64,000 nucleotides of DNA from the human T2T-CHM13v2.0 reference genome, Homo sapiens, in NCBI RefSeq assembly GCF_009914755.1, contig NC_060931.1; one strand, written 5' to 3'. Positions 41,363 through 53,365 of the stretch are shown in pieces. How positions within the stretch are numbered: the first letter of the stretch is position 1; each line of letters begins with the position of its first letter. The translations under genes were made by a program, and so were the position numbers. A model generated the notes under the pieces. That model had not been told where the DNA came from, made no database searches, and saw nothing but the letters and a program-made list of their open reading frames with translations.

Positions 41363-42274
41363 GTGTGGTAGTAGCTCATTTCTAGGCTGCCCTCCCAGAT
41401 CCTCACTTCCCAGAACAAACGTTGTCTTGTGGCATCCTGCCACACTGAAGAGGGTTGATCTGTGAAGCCAATAGGATAGCACAGAATTGGTGTTGTGTGG
41501 CTTCTGAACCTACTCATAGAAGACATGACAGCAGCCACCCAATGTTCTTGGAACATTCATTCTGGGGGAAGCCAGCCACCATTTCATGAGAATACTTGTT
41601 ATGGGGTAAATGGTATCTCCCCAAATTGATATGTTGAAATCCTAATTCCCAGTTTTTCAGAATGTGACTGTATTTGGAGATAGGACCTTTAGAGAGGTGA
41701 TTAAGATAAAATGAGGTCTTTAGCATTTGCCCTAGTCCAATATGACTGGTATTCGTATAAGAAGAGAAGATTAGGATACAGACATGCACAGAAGGAAGAC
41801 TGTGAGCAGACACAGGGAAAAGGTGGTGCTCTGCAAGCCAAGGAACACTCTGCTGGTACCTTGATCTTAGACTTCTAGCTTCCAGTACTGTGAGAAAATA
41901 TATTTCCATTGTTTAAGCCACCTGGTCTGCGGTGCTTTGTTATGGCAGTTCTAGCAAACTCATACACCACTCCAGTAGCCCTGTGTAGAGGCCCACATGG
42001 AGAGGAACAAAATTGCCAGCACTAACTCATGAGGCATATGAGTGAACCAACTTAAGAGCATATCCTCCAGCCCTGGTCAAGCCTTCAGATGACTTCAGTC
42101 CCTCAGCCCTCATGCGCTCCATTTGAGGCCCCAGACATCATGGAGCAGAGGTAAGACATCCTCCCTGTGCCCGTCTGAATTCCTGACTCACCTAAACCAT
42201 GAGATGATACATGATTACTGTTTATGATGTCATTAGGCTTGGGGTGGTTTGTTATGCAGCCATATATAACCAGT
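41363..42274 (+). mobile_element. MLT1F/G/H-like LTR, host of a nested MLT1B
   Basis: 5' half 'tgtggtag...ggggaagccagccaccat' resumes after the insert as 'gaggcccacatggagaggaac...agccttcagatgac...ttggggtggtttgttatgcagc'. Confidence 0.75.
41597..41966 (+). mobile_element. MLT1B solo LTR nested in an older MLT1
   Basis: 'tgttatggg...tatgttgaaatcctaa...gaatgtgactgtatttggagatagg...tgtttaagccacc...ctagcaaactcataca'. Confidence 0.85.
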
Positions 42275-44850
42275 GTTCCAGGTCCGCTGTGATGGAGTGA
42301 GACATTTAACTCAGGCGGAGGGGGGAATGCCATTTTGACAAGCTTATATGGCCACAGATCTAAGCTGTGCCATCAGCAAAGCAGTGTTTCCAGATGATGT
42401 GGTCAAGCCTTCCTTGAGGAGGACATAGCCCCTGCTAGTATTTGGGGAATGGCTTTAAAAGTCTACCTTGGCAGGCGTCAGCTGTGGCCTGGGAGATTGG
42501 CAGGAGTGGTAGAGGCCAGCAGGGCCAGGGGAAGGAAGTGGTTTAACCCTTCACTCTTGAAGGGAGCTGGGATATTGGGGAAGTGTCAGGAAGAGGAACC
42601 TTGGAAGAGCAACCTGATACCAGGCCAGGGAGATAATGCCAGAACCTCAAATGTGGGCCAATGCTTTCCTGCCCAGGCCAGGAAGCTTGCCTCTACAGTG
42701 AAGAGTAAGGGGCCTCAGCCCCTCAATGAAGAAATAAATACCTATTGAACATCAGCTCTGTAGTTTATTGAATTTTTATTTTTACAACAACACTTTGAGC
42801 TAAGTATTATCTCAGTTTTTTACATAAGGAAAGGGAGACTCAGAAAAGTAGAAAGGTTGAGAAACTTACCTATCACATCATTTGTAAGTAACAGCTGGAT
42901 TCAGAGCCAGGAACATCTGCGTCCAGAGCTCCTGTCCTAGCCCAGGGGTGAAGTGTCATGGAAGTGGCTTGGTGGAGTGGTCCAGAAAATGTATTCTAGA
43001 TCTAGGTAGCCTGGGACCAGCCCCTGGCTCCATGCTTCCTACCCTTGTAACTCTGGACAAGTCACTCCACCTCATCATGTCTCAAGGTCCTTGTCTCTAA
43101 AGTGGAGATGATAGCATGTACCTCATAGGTTACTATGGGATACAATGAGTTAGAGCCAAGGGCTTGGAACAGAGTCTGGCACAAAAGAGGTACTTTGTGA
43201 GTACTGGTTCATTATTCTCTCAACTCTGCAAGACTTCTAAGAACAAAAAAGACGTGATTCTCAGAACCAGGCTGGAGTTGACAGTGCCTAGACTAGATAC
43301 GGAGCATGGCCAAGGCCACTGAATTGATGTACATGTGTGAAACACCTTCCCTTTTCTTCTCTTCCTCTCTAATCCCAAACTATGCAGCTCGAGGTTATGA
43401 GATGGCTGGTGACCACTCCTGAATCCAGAACACAGTGTCCCCTTAGCTCTCATAGGCTACCCAAGCCAGAGCTCCCAGGGAAAGAGCCCTTTCTTGGAGA
43501 TGGAGCTTAATAATCACATTCCAAGGGAATGTTTGGGGAACAGGGGCTGAGGAAGGAGGGTAATTAGTCTCCTGTGGACACAAGTCTTCACTTCTGCACT
43601 GGGAAATCAAGAGCCCATGAGGGTGGGCTTGGGTTGTCAGACAGCATGTCCCTGAGGGAAAGGTTCAGGCTGGGTTTCCTGCTGTCCCCTTTCCCGGCTG
43701 AAAAGGAGCAGCTAAGTGTTATTGATCCAAGCCCCAGGGGGAATATTTGCTAGAAGTTTGCTGGCACTTGCTCAACACTTAGCTGGTATTCATTATTCAG
43801 TGATAGGGATGGGGAGTGGAGAATGTTGGCATTGTGTCACCAAGTGAGCCTGGCTTCACCAGGGGTAACATGGGAACTGGGAGAGGCAGACAGCCTGGAA
43901 GAGTCAAAGATGACTGGCTCTCATCCTGAGAGGACCAGTGGTGTATGGTAGTGGGGAAAATTCTATCTCCTGGGCAGCCCCTGGCCTCCCACATGTCATG
44001 GAGGCTCTGGTTTTTGGCTGGAGCCTAGGAAAAAAAACTTTGGGTGATACTAGGTCTGGCTGCCCTCTGATAGCCTTTTTCTATGTCTCAGTTTTCTCAG
44101 ATGTCCCACCCATTTTAAATGATGTATTGCAATGAAACTAGGCTTTACAGTGAGAGAAATGCCAATCAAGCCCAAGGCTCCAGAGTGGGTCAGAATAACT
44201 CACGAAACAAGATCTAAAGGACATGGATTTGGTTGTTTCCTAACCCTGTGATAGGCCTGCCCATTCTTGGAGTCTGTCCAACTGGATAATGGTGATATAA
44301 GTTCCTTGTAACAGGTAACACCACAGACAAATATCAGCTATCACCATCACATGATGATGATGATATTTTTACCACCTTTCCAAAAATTCATGCCCCCAAA
44401 CCTAATGTAGCCATAACAATCAGCGTGAGAAGGGAGAGGGGTTAGGACTTGAACAAGACTGTCCATAGCACAACCCAAAAGTCCATGGAGAGAAGAATAA
44501 ATAAATAAATAATGACATCTTCACCAAATGGAATATTTTACAGCACAGGAAATGGAAATTAGTAAACTACGTGTAGCAATATGGGTGAATCTTAGAATAT
44601 AGTGAGTAGGAAAATGCAAGTTCTAGAAGGCTACAGACATCAAACTTCAAAATTAAAACTAAGAAATAGGTGACGTAGGCATACATATCTAGGTGATACA
44701 ACTGAAAAATAAAGCAAAGGAAAGAAAAGCAAAAGGTTTAGTGTAATGATTACCCTTGGCAGAGGTGGTGAGAGCCAAGGCAGAGGGCCAGGATAGCACA
44801 GGAACATGCAGACATGCTGTTCATATTGTTCTAGATTTTGAGTTGGATGG

Positions 44851-45289
44851 TGCTATAGCTTGGATGTTCATCCCAACAAACCTCATGTTGAAATTTGATC
44901 CCAGTGTTGGAGGTGGGGCCTAATGGGAGGTGTTTTTGTTATAGGGGTGGATCCCTCATGAGTAGATTAATCTCCTCCTGGGGATGGGGTGAGCGAGCTC
45001 TTGCTCTATTAGTTCCCACGACAGCTGGTTGTTAAAAAGAGCCTGGCACCTGCCCTCTCTCTCTCTCTCTTTTGCTTCCTCTCTAGCCATGTAATCCCTG
45101 CACAAGCCAGCTTCCCTTTCCCTTCCCCTTCCACTATGAGTGGAAGTAGCCTGAGGCCCTCACCAGAAGCAGATGCTGGCTCCATGCTTCTTGTACAGCC
45201 TGCAGAACTGCAAGACAGATAAACCTCTTTTCTTTGTAAACTATCCAGTCTCAAACATTCCTTTATAGCAACACAAATGGACTAAAACA
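44851..45289 (+). mobile_element. MSTB solo LTR
   Basis: 'tgctatagcttggatg...cctcatgttgaaatttgatccc...tttatagcaacacaaatggactaaaaca'; perfect 5-bp TSD gatgg (44846-44850, 45290-45294). Confidence 0.92.
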
Positions 45290-45689
45290 GATGGTGAAAA
45301 AAAATGAATGAATGCATGAATAAATGAACGAATGAGTAAAAAAGTGGGCCATATGCGAAACAATGTTGGCATTGAGTCATAACTAGGATTATGATTAATC
45401 CAATGCTGAATACCTAAAATCCAAAATACAAATTTTTTCATTTAAAGAAAATTCTGGTGATGAGTGAATATTTAGCACTGGATCCCCAAGTAGAAGTTCT
45501 AGAAACACAATCATTTTTTTTCTATGGGGGATAGGAATGCCTCTCTATAGCCCACTGTACTTAGAAATACTTTTGCCATACACTTTGCTGAGGAGAGGTG
45601 AATTCCAGTCCTGATGTAGGTATGCTGAAGAATGTGTATGTGTATATATACATATAGTATGTATGTCCTTGGAGCTGAATTTATAACTG

Positions 45690-47040
45690 GCACTGAACTA
45701 TGATAAATAGTGCTTCTATAAACATTCTTACACATGTCTTTGTTTATGTATGTATACATTTCCTTTGGCTATATATCTAGTAGTAAAATTGCTGGATCAC
45801 AGAGTATACAGTAGTAGTCCCTCCTTATCTGTGGAGGGTATGTTCCAAGACCCCCAGTGGATGCCTGAAACCATGGATAAAGCCAGCCCTATATATACTA
45901 TATTTTTTCCTATACCTACATACCGATGGTATAGTTTAATTTATAAATTAGTCATAGTAAGAGATTAACTACAATTAATGAAAAAAAAGAACAATTATAA
46001 CACTATACTGTAATAAAAATTATCTAAATGTAGTCTTTCTTTCTCAAAATATCTTATTGTATTGTGCCATAGTCACCTGTTTTCAGACCTTGGCTGACCA
46101 TGGGTAACTAAAATTGTGGAAAGTGAAACTGTGGAAAGCCAAACCCTTGGGTAAGGGGGGACTACGATGTGTATGTTCAACTTTGATAGACAATGCCAGT
46201 TTTCCAAAGTGGTCCTACCAATTTATACTCTCACCAGCAAGTTTGAGAGCTCCAGTTTCTCCACAACCTCACCAACACTTAGTATTATCAGTCATTCTAA
46301 TTTTTACCATTGTAAAAATTAGGTGTGAGGTCATATCTTACTATGGTATTATTTTATGTTTCTTTGAAGATTAATGAGGTTGAGCATTTTTTGTATATTT
46401 ATTGGCCACTTAGATTTTTTTCATGAAGTTTGAGTCTTTCTTATTTTCTATTGGATTATTTGTCTTATCCTTATTGAATTTTGATGTTCCTTTTAAATTA
46501 TGCATATGAGTCTTTTTGGAGAATATACATATATTTTAAGATTGTCTTGGCTGTTTTTGGATCTTTGCATTTCCATTTAAATTTTAAAATACATTTTTAT
46601 TTTTATCTATTAATAAAAACCACCCAAATGTTTATGAACAGGAGAGTGGATGAATAAATTGTGGTAAAGTCACACAAAGGAATATTACATAGCAGTAAAA
46701 ATGAATGAAACTATGCAATGTAGCAATGTGAATGAATCTTAGCAAAATTTTATTAAGTCGGGGAAGAAAAGATTCAGAATATTACATGCAGCATAAGCCC
46801 TTTTTATAATGGTAAAAACAACTAAAATAAAAATGTTTACTTTTAAGGAATACATATAGATGAGTGAACACTATATTCAAAGGAAGTAAGGGAACAATGG
46901 ACTTGTGGTTCAGGATGGTGGCTGCCTTGGGTGGGGGAAACAGGAGGCTGGGCAGGAGAATGGCCATGTAGCGAGATGAAAGTTTTTGCCAAGGTCCCAG
47001 TCTTCAGGTTGGATGGTAGATTCACAGGTGCTTATCAGAT
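45690..47040. mobile_element. Old L1M fragments (antisense to ~46600, sense 46615-47040)
   Basis: 'aattgctggatca...tttccaaagtgg...ccacaacctcaccaacactt' antisense L1 3' region; sense 'ggatgaataaattgtggta...gaatgaatctt'. Confidence 0.7.
45809..46166. mobile_element. MER44A (Tigger7-derived) DNA transposon inserted in L1M
   Basis: Inverted termini gtagtccctccttatc / gtaaggggggactac; internal 'ttccaagacccccagtggatgcctgaaacc'. Confidence 0.85.
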
Positions 47041-47547
47041 AGTGAAAAGTAGATACATACATAAATGAATAAATGACCCATGAGAAGCCATGTTATGCAT
47101 CAAGAATTCTGAATAACCTGATTCAGTGCCACTGAGGTCCACTGAGAAGAAAAATCTGACCCTGAAAGATTGAATGAGGACACTGCTGTCAACCCCCTTG
47201 TTGTGGGGCCCCCAGTTTCCCCTCATGACACCTCCTGGGCTGAACAGGGTTGCCAATGTCAAGATGCATATTACATATATTAATATTAGGAAAACTGAAT
47301 TTCTTTTAATTAGTTTTTAGAAAAATGAATGAAAATATATGTTGTCTTTTTTATCTCCTACACCCCAATGCATCTTGTGTATTCTTGAGTATATGCATGC
47401 CAATTTAGAGACCTGTGCCCTAAGTGAAGGACATTTTAGGTGGACTTAGTTTTAGACAGATCACCCTGTTGGCATGTGAAAGATGAACTGGAAGGGGCAG
47501 TAGACAAGACAGAAAGAGCCTTTAGGAGGCTGTTGATATACTCTTGC

Positions 47548-48027
47548 TGAGGCAGGAAGTGGGACTCAACTCTGGAAGCGGGGCTCAGACAGCAGACCAA
47601 ACTGAGGATTAGCTAAAACAGGGCTGAGGCAAAAGCAGCTTTCCATAAGACACACCCCCAGTGTGCTATGTAGGTTTACCATTGCCATGGCAACACCTGG
47701 AGTTATTGCCCCTTTCCATGGCAACGACCCAATGACCCAAATGTTACTACCCCTTCCCTAGAAATTTCTGCATAAACTGCCTCTTAATCTACATGTAATT
47801 AAATAGGTATAAATATGACTGCAAAACTGCCCTGAGATGCTACTCTCTGCCTATGGGGTCACCCTGCTGTGCAGGAGCAGTCACGGAACTATAAAACCAC
47901 CACAACTGTAACACTGCTTCAGTAAAGCTGTTTTCATCTACTGCAGCTTGCCCTTTAATTCTTTCCTGGGCAAAACCAAGAACCCTCCCTGTCTAAGCCC
48001 CATTAGGGGCTCACCTGCTCTGCATTA
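47548..48027 (+). mobile_element. MER66-like (MER4-group ERV1) solo LTR
   Basis: 'tgaggcaggaagtgggactcaactctgg...gctaaaacaggg...ttgccatggcaac...ttctttcctgggcaaaaccaagaaccctccc...ggggctcacctgc'. Confidence 0.8.
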
Positions 48028-51000
48028 CCACCAGGTAGACAAGAGCTAAGGGGTGGCCATGGGAAAGGGAAGGAAATAAGGAATTTGGGAGGTATTGAAG
48101 AGAAGGAATTTATAGGACTCAGTTTCCTTAATACTAGGACATCCAAGAGCTAAAATAATTATGTATTTACTCTTCTCAGCTTGTGACTGCCATTTCTCTT
48201 AGAGTCAGAATCTCTCTTTGCTCCAAACTCTTGGGTCTCTCACCCTCCTACAGAGTGTTGATACTTTCATATAGGTCCCAGGGCAATTACAACCTTACAT
48301 CTGATCTCACTCACTGATGGACTAATTGGCAGTGCCCTCCCTGCTGACAGCCTTCGGACGTTGAAGGCAAATTAAGCAGCCCTTGATGGGTAGTAATGCT
48401 GCTGAAATCTGGAGGCTGGTGGCGTGGGGGTGGGGTTTGCATTTCAGGAAAGTGTGCTACAGCTGCCTCTCAGATCTTTGAGCTTGATCCATTCTGCTTT
48501 CCCTGACAGCAGCCCATCAATCACTCACCTTAGATACTTCCACAGGCTGACATAATTGAAAGCTTCAGCTGGATTCTGTAGTGGGCTTGGAGGATCCATG
48601 GTCCTAGAGGGTAATTTGGCAACAGGCAAGCCCACAGTTCTTAGAACTTCAGGGATAAAGACCACATCTTAGGCCAGGAAGACCAAAGGCTCAAAGGTCC
48701 CATGCTCCATCAGGGAACTCAAAGGCTTGCTTTGTTGGGACACCAAGCCAATCATGGCCTGCCCCTCTTTGAGCCTTAATTTACTTATCTGTAACATACA
48801 GGTGCAGACTTGAAACAAGTCTTAAAATGTAGGCACAAATGCTATTGGCAGGAAAGCAAGTTATATTACTGCTGGGGCAACTTGTTAGCACCACTTGGGA
48901 GTTATGTGACCCTGGGTGAGCTATGCACTGCTGGGAGCCCTGGCCTCAAAGAGAAGAGACTATATAAACAAGTATGTGTGACAATGTCTGTCACACAGCA
49001 CACCCTCTCAGAACATCAGTTTTCTTCTTCACTGTTTGGTTGCCAAATGGAAGAGATGGGGGCCTGGACTGAATATGGGTGAGCTGCAGGATTACCACCC
49101 AAATGCTGGCTTCTGCATGCCTCTGTGGGCCTCTAGAGTGGTTTCTCTCTGGCTGGACCACTCTTCCCTGGCCTGGCCTGAAGTGGGGAAAGAGGTGGCT
49201 AAGAATGAGACTGAAGGACGTAAAGAAAGGTCTATACCTCTGAAGGCAGAAACTGTGGGCAAGTCACTTACTTCTCAAGCTTTAGGTTTCCCACATATAA
49301 AGTGAATTGGTCCTAGCTCATGGGCTGGGTGTGGAGGATGAAATGAGATCGTGTCCATTAGACTCCTGGAGCAGAGTACGTGATTCCCAAATGTCAGGTG
49401 ACCTCCCTATCCACCTCTCCAGCCTTCCCCTTGGAATAGACTGTTGGGACACCCTGAATTTTTTTTTTTTAAGCGGTGATTCTCTGAATGTGGTTCTGGA
49501 CACAGGGGCTCTGGGAAAATTCACCAAAACTCAATTCACAGAAAGTACATTCATCAATTTCATCTTGCCAAATGGTGATTTGGCTTCCAATCAATCAAAC
49601 CTTGGCCAAGTTACTTTTGGCAAGTGAGCCTTCCTCCCAGAGGAATCCTCTAGGTGGACTGGGCTGATTGGAATGCAGGTTTAGTGAGATGCTCAGCTCA
49701 GGTGGCATGAAGGGCAGAAGCAGGCAGCAGCTTGCTTTCAGCATGATATTGCTGGACGCTGAGCCCTGCAGTTTGTGGCTGATGCCAGAGCTGTCTTGTC
49801 CTTTTCCCACTTCTCTTTCTGCTGCATTTGTGGCCATTAACACAAAGGAGTTCTTCACTGAGAGGAGGGAGGCTGCTGAAGTGGAAATGGAGCCAGGGTG
49901 GGGTGGAGCCGGGTGGAGGGCTGGCACACCAAGCCCAAGGAAAGAATCACTGCTTGATATTCTTGATGTTTCTTCCTCTTTGCCCAGACTTCCTGGGACT
50001 CTCTCTCTTCTTCTCCTTTAGCTTCTGTTTTCCTTGCAGAACATAAGGGGTCAGAAAGCAGGTAGAGTGAGAGGGCAAAGGGAAGGAGGGAGGAGACGGT
50101 AGGATAGAAGCCCTGGTTCATGAAGACACATGAACCCTGAACTTCCATATGGATGAAGATTCTTTGATTGCAAGCAAAGGAAACAAACTGGTTAATTCTC
50201 CTAAAGGAAGCTCCCAGTATGGAAGGGAGAAATGGGATGGGGGACAGGCAAGAACCAAGGCTGCATCCAGGGGCCCAGAAGCAGCTACCACATAGTGGTG
50301 GCCAATTAGGATGAGCCTGGTCAAGATGCAGCTGCAGCTGATTGTTTTCAGTCTCTGTGCCTATGCTCAAGATTCAAATTCCAGAAAGGGGCATCCTATG
50401 GCATCGCTTGCATTAGTCAACCTTTCATTGTCTGGAAAAGGGAGAGGTTCTAGTTACTTATCCCCCAGGCTGTACCCAATGGAGAAGACGTAGTTCCAGT
50501 GGAGGAAACTGAATTGCTGAAGAGAAAATAGAGGGTAAGAAACCAGAAAATAATAAATCATGGCAAACAGGTATACAGTGTTGAGAATGTGCCAGTCTCT
50601 GAGCTAAGAGCATTACATCTATTAACTCCTTTAATCAGCCTATGTAGGCAATGAGGATATTGTTACCCCATTAGACAGATAAGGAAACTGAGATCCAGAA
50701 AAGTTAAATAATTATCCTAGGTCATAGAGCTAGTAAGTGGTGGTGCTGGGTTTTGAGTCAAAGTCTCATTCCTAATGCCTGTGCAATACTGTCCACTTCA
50801 CTACTGCCCACTTGAAAAGCAAGCTTGGGAAAATCAAGGACCTTAGTGGTCCTAAAGAAGGCTAGTTTGCTCAGGGTTTCCGATAATAGAAGAAAACTAG
50901 AGAAAGCTGGTGGTTCCATTTTTCAGGTCTCCCTATCTCCAAGGCCCCTCTACTGACTCCCATCTGAGTGAGGATGTCTGCGCCTGTGCTCAAGGGCAGG

Positions 51001-51899
51001 TGCCCCTGCTGAGGAGGCTGGGAGATGCTGGGGGAGGTCAACATGAGCTGCACTTAACAAGCAAAGGAAAGGAGAGGCGTTACACAGATTTAAGATTTAA
51101 CAAAAGGAGAATTAAATTGACATTTTATTGACTTGCAGTGGGAGTTGTTAAAGACAGATTACTGCAGCAAGGGTTGAGTTTGATTGAAAGGACGGGAGAG
51201 AACTCAGCTTCCAAAAGCATCAAACTTGAAGGCCAGTAATACCCCAAGGGGCAAGGTGAGCACATAAATTTGAACTCATACAAGAATACTTTCCAGCACA
51301 TGCACTCATACCACACATCACAAATAGCTCCCAGAAGCCAGGCCCAGAGACACCAGGTGAAATGAGGGGGTAAGAGCACAGTGTTCTAGATTTGACTCTT
51401 ATCAACGTCCCGTCCCCACCCCAACCCGATGTCTGGCCCCACTGGGAGCTTCAGAGATGGAATTTCTCATACTTTAATGGAGAAATAGTGTCTTGAGGAA
51501 ACACCCTTTTGCTTCCAGGAAGAAAATGATCCCATTTCAAAGCTGTCTCTTCAGGGACTCCCTGCATGCTTAGTGGCTCGCAGAGATGCAGCACTTGCTG
51601 GGAGGCCAGCAGCGGTCTGCAAAGGCCTTCTCGGGAGAGCCTAGCCCCGTGCGATTTGTCTTGGTGCAGGCGTGGGTGTGGGCGACACCCAGGGAACCTG
51701 GGAAAGGAAGAACAGAGATATGTGGAGAGGGGGCAAAGGGCAGGGATGAGACCAGATTACAAGGAGCAGGCTGGCTTAGATTGACCTTGGAGATAGCACC
51801 ACTCTGGTCTCTTGTTTCACACAGGTGTTCAAATGAGGGTCTGGATTCTAGGGTGGCTGATGATGATTCTTGTCTCAGGAAGCTTTTCCTCTGTGGGGG

Positions 51900-53365
51900 T
51901 GAGAGGTGACAAGCGTGCTAGCAGCCCTCGCTCTCGGCGCCTCCTCGGCCTCGGCGTCCACTCTGGCGGCGCTTGAGGAGCCCTTCAGCTCACCACTGCA
52001 CCGTGGAAGCCTCTCGCTGGGCCGGAGCCGGCTCCCTCTGCTTGCGGGGAGGTGTGGAGGGAGAGGCGCGGGCGGCAACCGGGGCTGCGCGCGGCGCTCG
52101 CGGGCCAGCTTGAGTTCCGGGTAGGTGCGGGCTCGGCGGGCCCCGCACTCGGAGGGGCCGGCCGGCGCTGCCGGCCCCGGGCGGTGAGGGACTTAGCACC
52201 CAGGCCAGCAGCTGCGGAGGGTGCGCCGGGTCCCCCAGCAGTGCCGGCCGGCCGGCGCCTCGCTCGAATTCTCGCCGGGCCTCAGCTGCCTCCCGCGGGC
52301 AGGGCTCGGGATCTGCAGCCCGCCATGTCCGAGTCTCCCCCCGCGCCTTGGGCTCCTGCGCGGCCAGAGCCTTCCCGACGAGCGCTGCCCCGTGCTCCGC
52401 GGCGCCCGGTCCCATCGACCGCCCAAGGGCTGAGGAGTGCAGGTGCACAGCTCGGGACTGGCAGGCAGCTCCGCCCTGGCCCTGGTGCGGGATCCACCAG
52501 GCGAAGCCAGCTGGGCTCCTGAGTTGGGTGGGGACTTGGAGAACTTTTATGTCTAGCTGGAGGATTGTATATGCACTAATCAGCACTGTGTATCTAGCTA
52601 ATCTGGTGGGGACTTGGAGAACCTTTATGTCTAGCTAAAGGATTGTAAATACACCAATCAGCACTCTGTGTCTAGCTCAAGGTTTGTAAACACACCAATC
52701 AGTGCTGTGTCTAGTTAATCTAGTGGGGACTTGGAGAACTTTTACTTCTAGCTAGAGGGTTGTAAATGCACCAATCAGCACTCTGTGTCTAGCTCAGGGA
52801 TTGTAAATGCACCAATCAGCATCCTGTCAAAACAGACCAATCAGCTCTCTGTAAAACGGACCAATCAGCTCTCTGTAAAATGGACCAATCAGCAGGATGT
52901 GGGTGGGGCCAGATAAGGGAATAAACGCACAATGGCAACCTGCTTGGGGCCTCTTGCACACGGTGGAAGCTTTGTTTTTTAGCTCTTTGTAGTAAATCTT
53001 GCTGCTGCTCGTTGTTTGGGTCCACAGTGTCTTTATGAGCTGTAACACTCACTGCGAAGGTCTGCAGCTTCACTCCTGAGGCCAGCAAGACCACGAACCC
53101 ACGGGGAGGAATGAACAACTCCCCACGGGAGGAACGAACAACTCCCCACACCTTAAAAGCTGTAACACTCACCGGGAAGATCTGCAGCTTCACTCTTGAA
53201 GCCAGTGAGACCACGAACCCACCAGAAGAAACTTCGAATACGTCCGAACGTCAGAAGGAACAAACTCCAGACACACCATCTTTAGGAACTGTAACACTCA
53301 CGGTGAGGGTCCGTGGCTTCATTCTTGAAGTCAGTGAGACCAAGAACCCACCAATTCTGGACACG
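51900..53365 (+). mobile_element. LTR12 (D/E-like, ERV9) solo LTR
   Basis: Starts tgagaggtgacaagcgtgctagcagccctcgc; CpG-rich U3, tandem 'ccaatcagcactctgtgtctagct' repeats, 'ctgtaacactcac' U5 repeats, ends 'gaccaagaacccaccaattctggacac'. Confidence 0.96.
52570..52930 (+). promoter_or_regulatory. LTR12 NF-Y (CCAAT) enhancer/promoter array with GATA/TATA-like box
   Basis: Repeated ccaatcag motifs 52650-52895; 'gataagggaataaa' at ~52912-52925. Confidence 0.75.

Noticed and set aside
44520-47040. Similarity between 44520-44850 and 46620-47040 as a local duplication
   Set aside because: Both are diverged fragments of a similar old L1M 3' region and are explained by repeat ancestry
51906-52638. GC-rich ORFs and CpG island as the first exon of a host gene
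   Set aside because: Entirely within LTR12 U3; the ORFs reflect GC content
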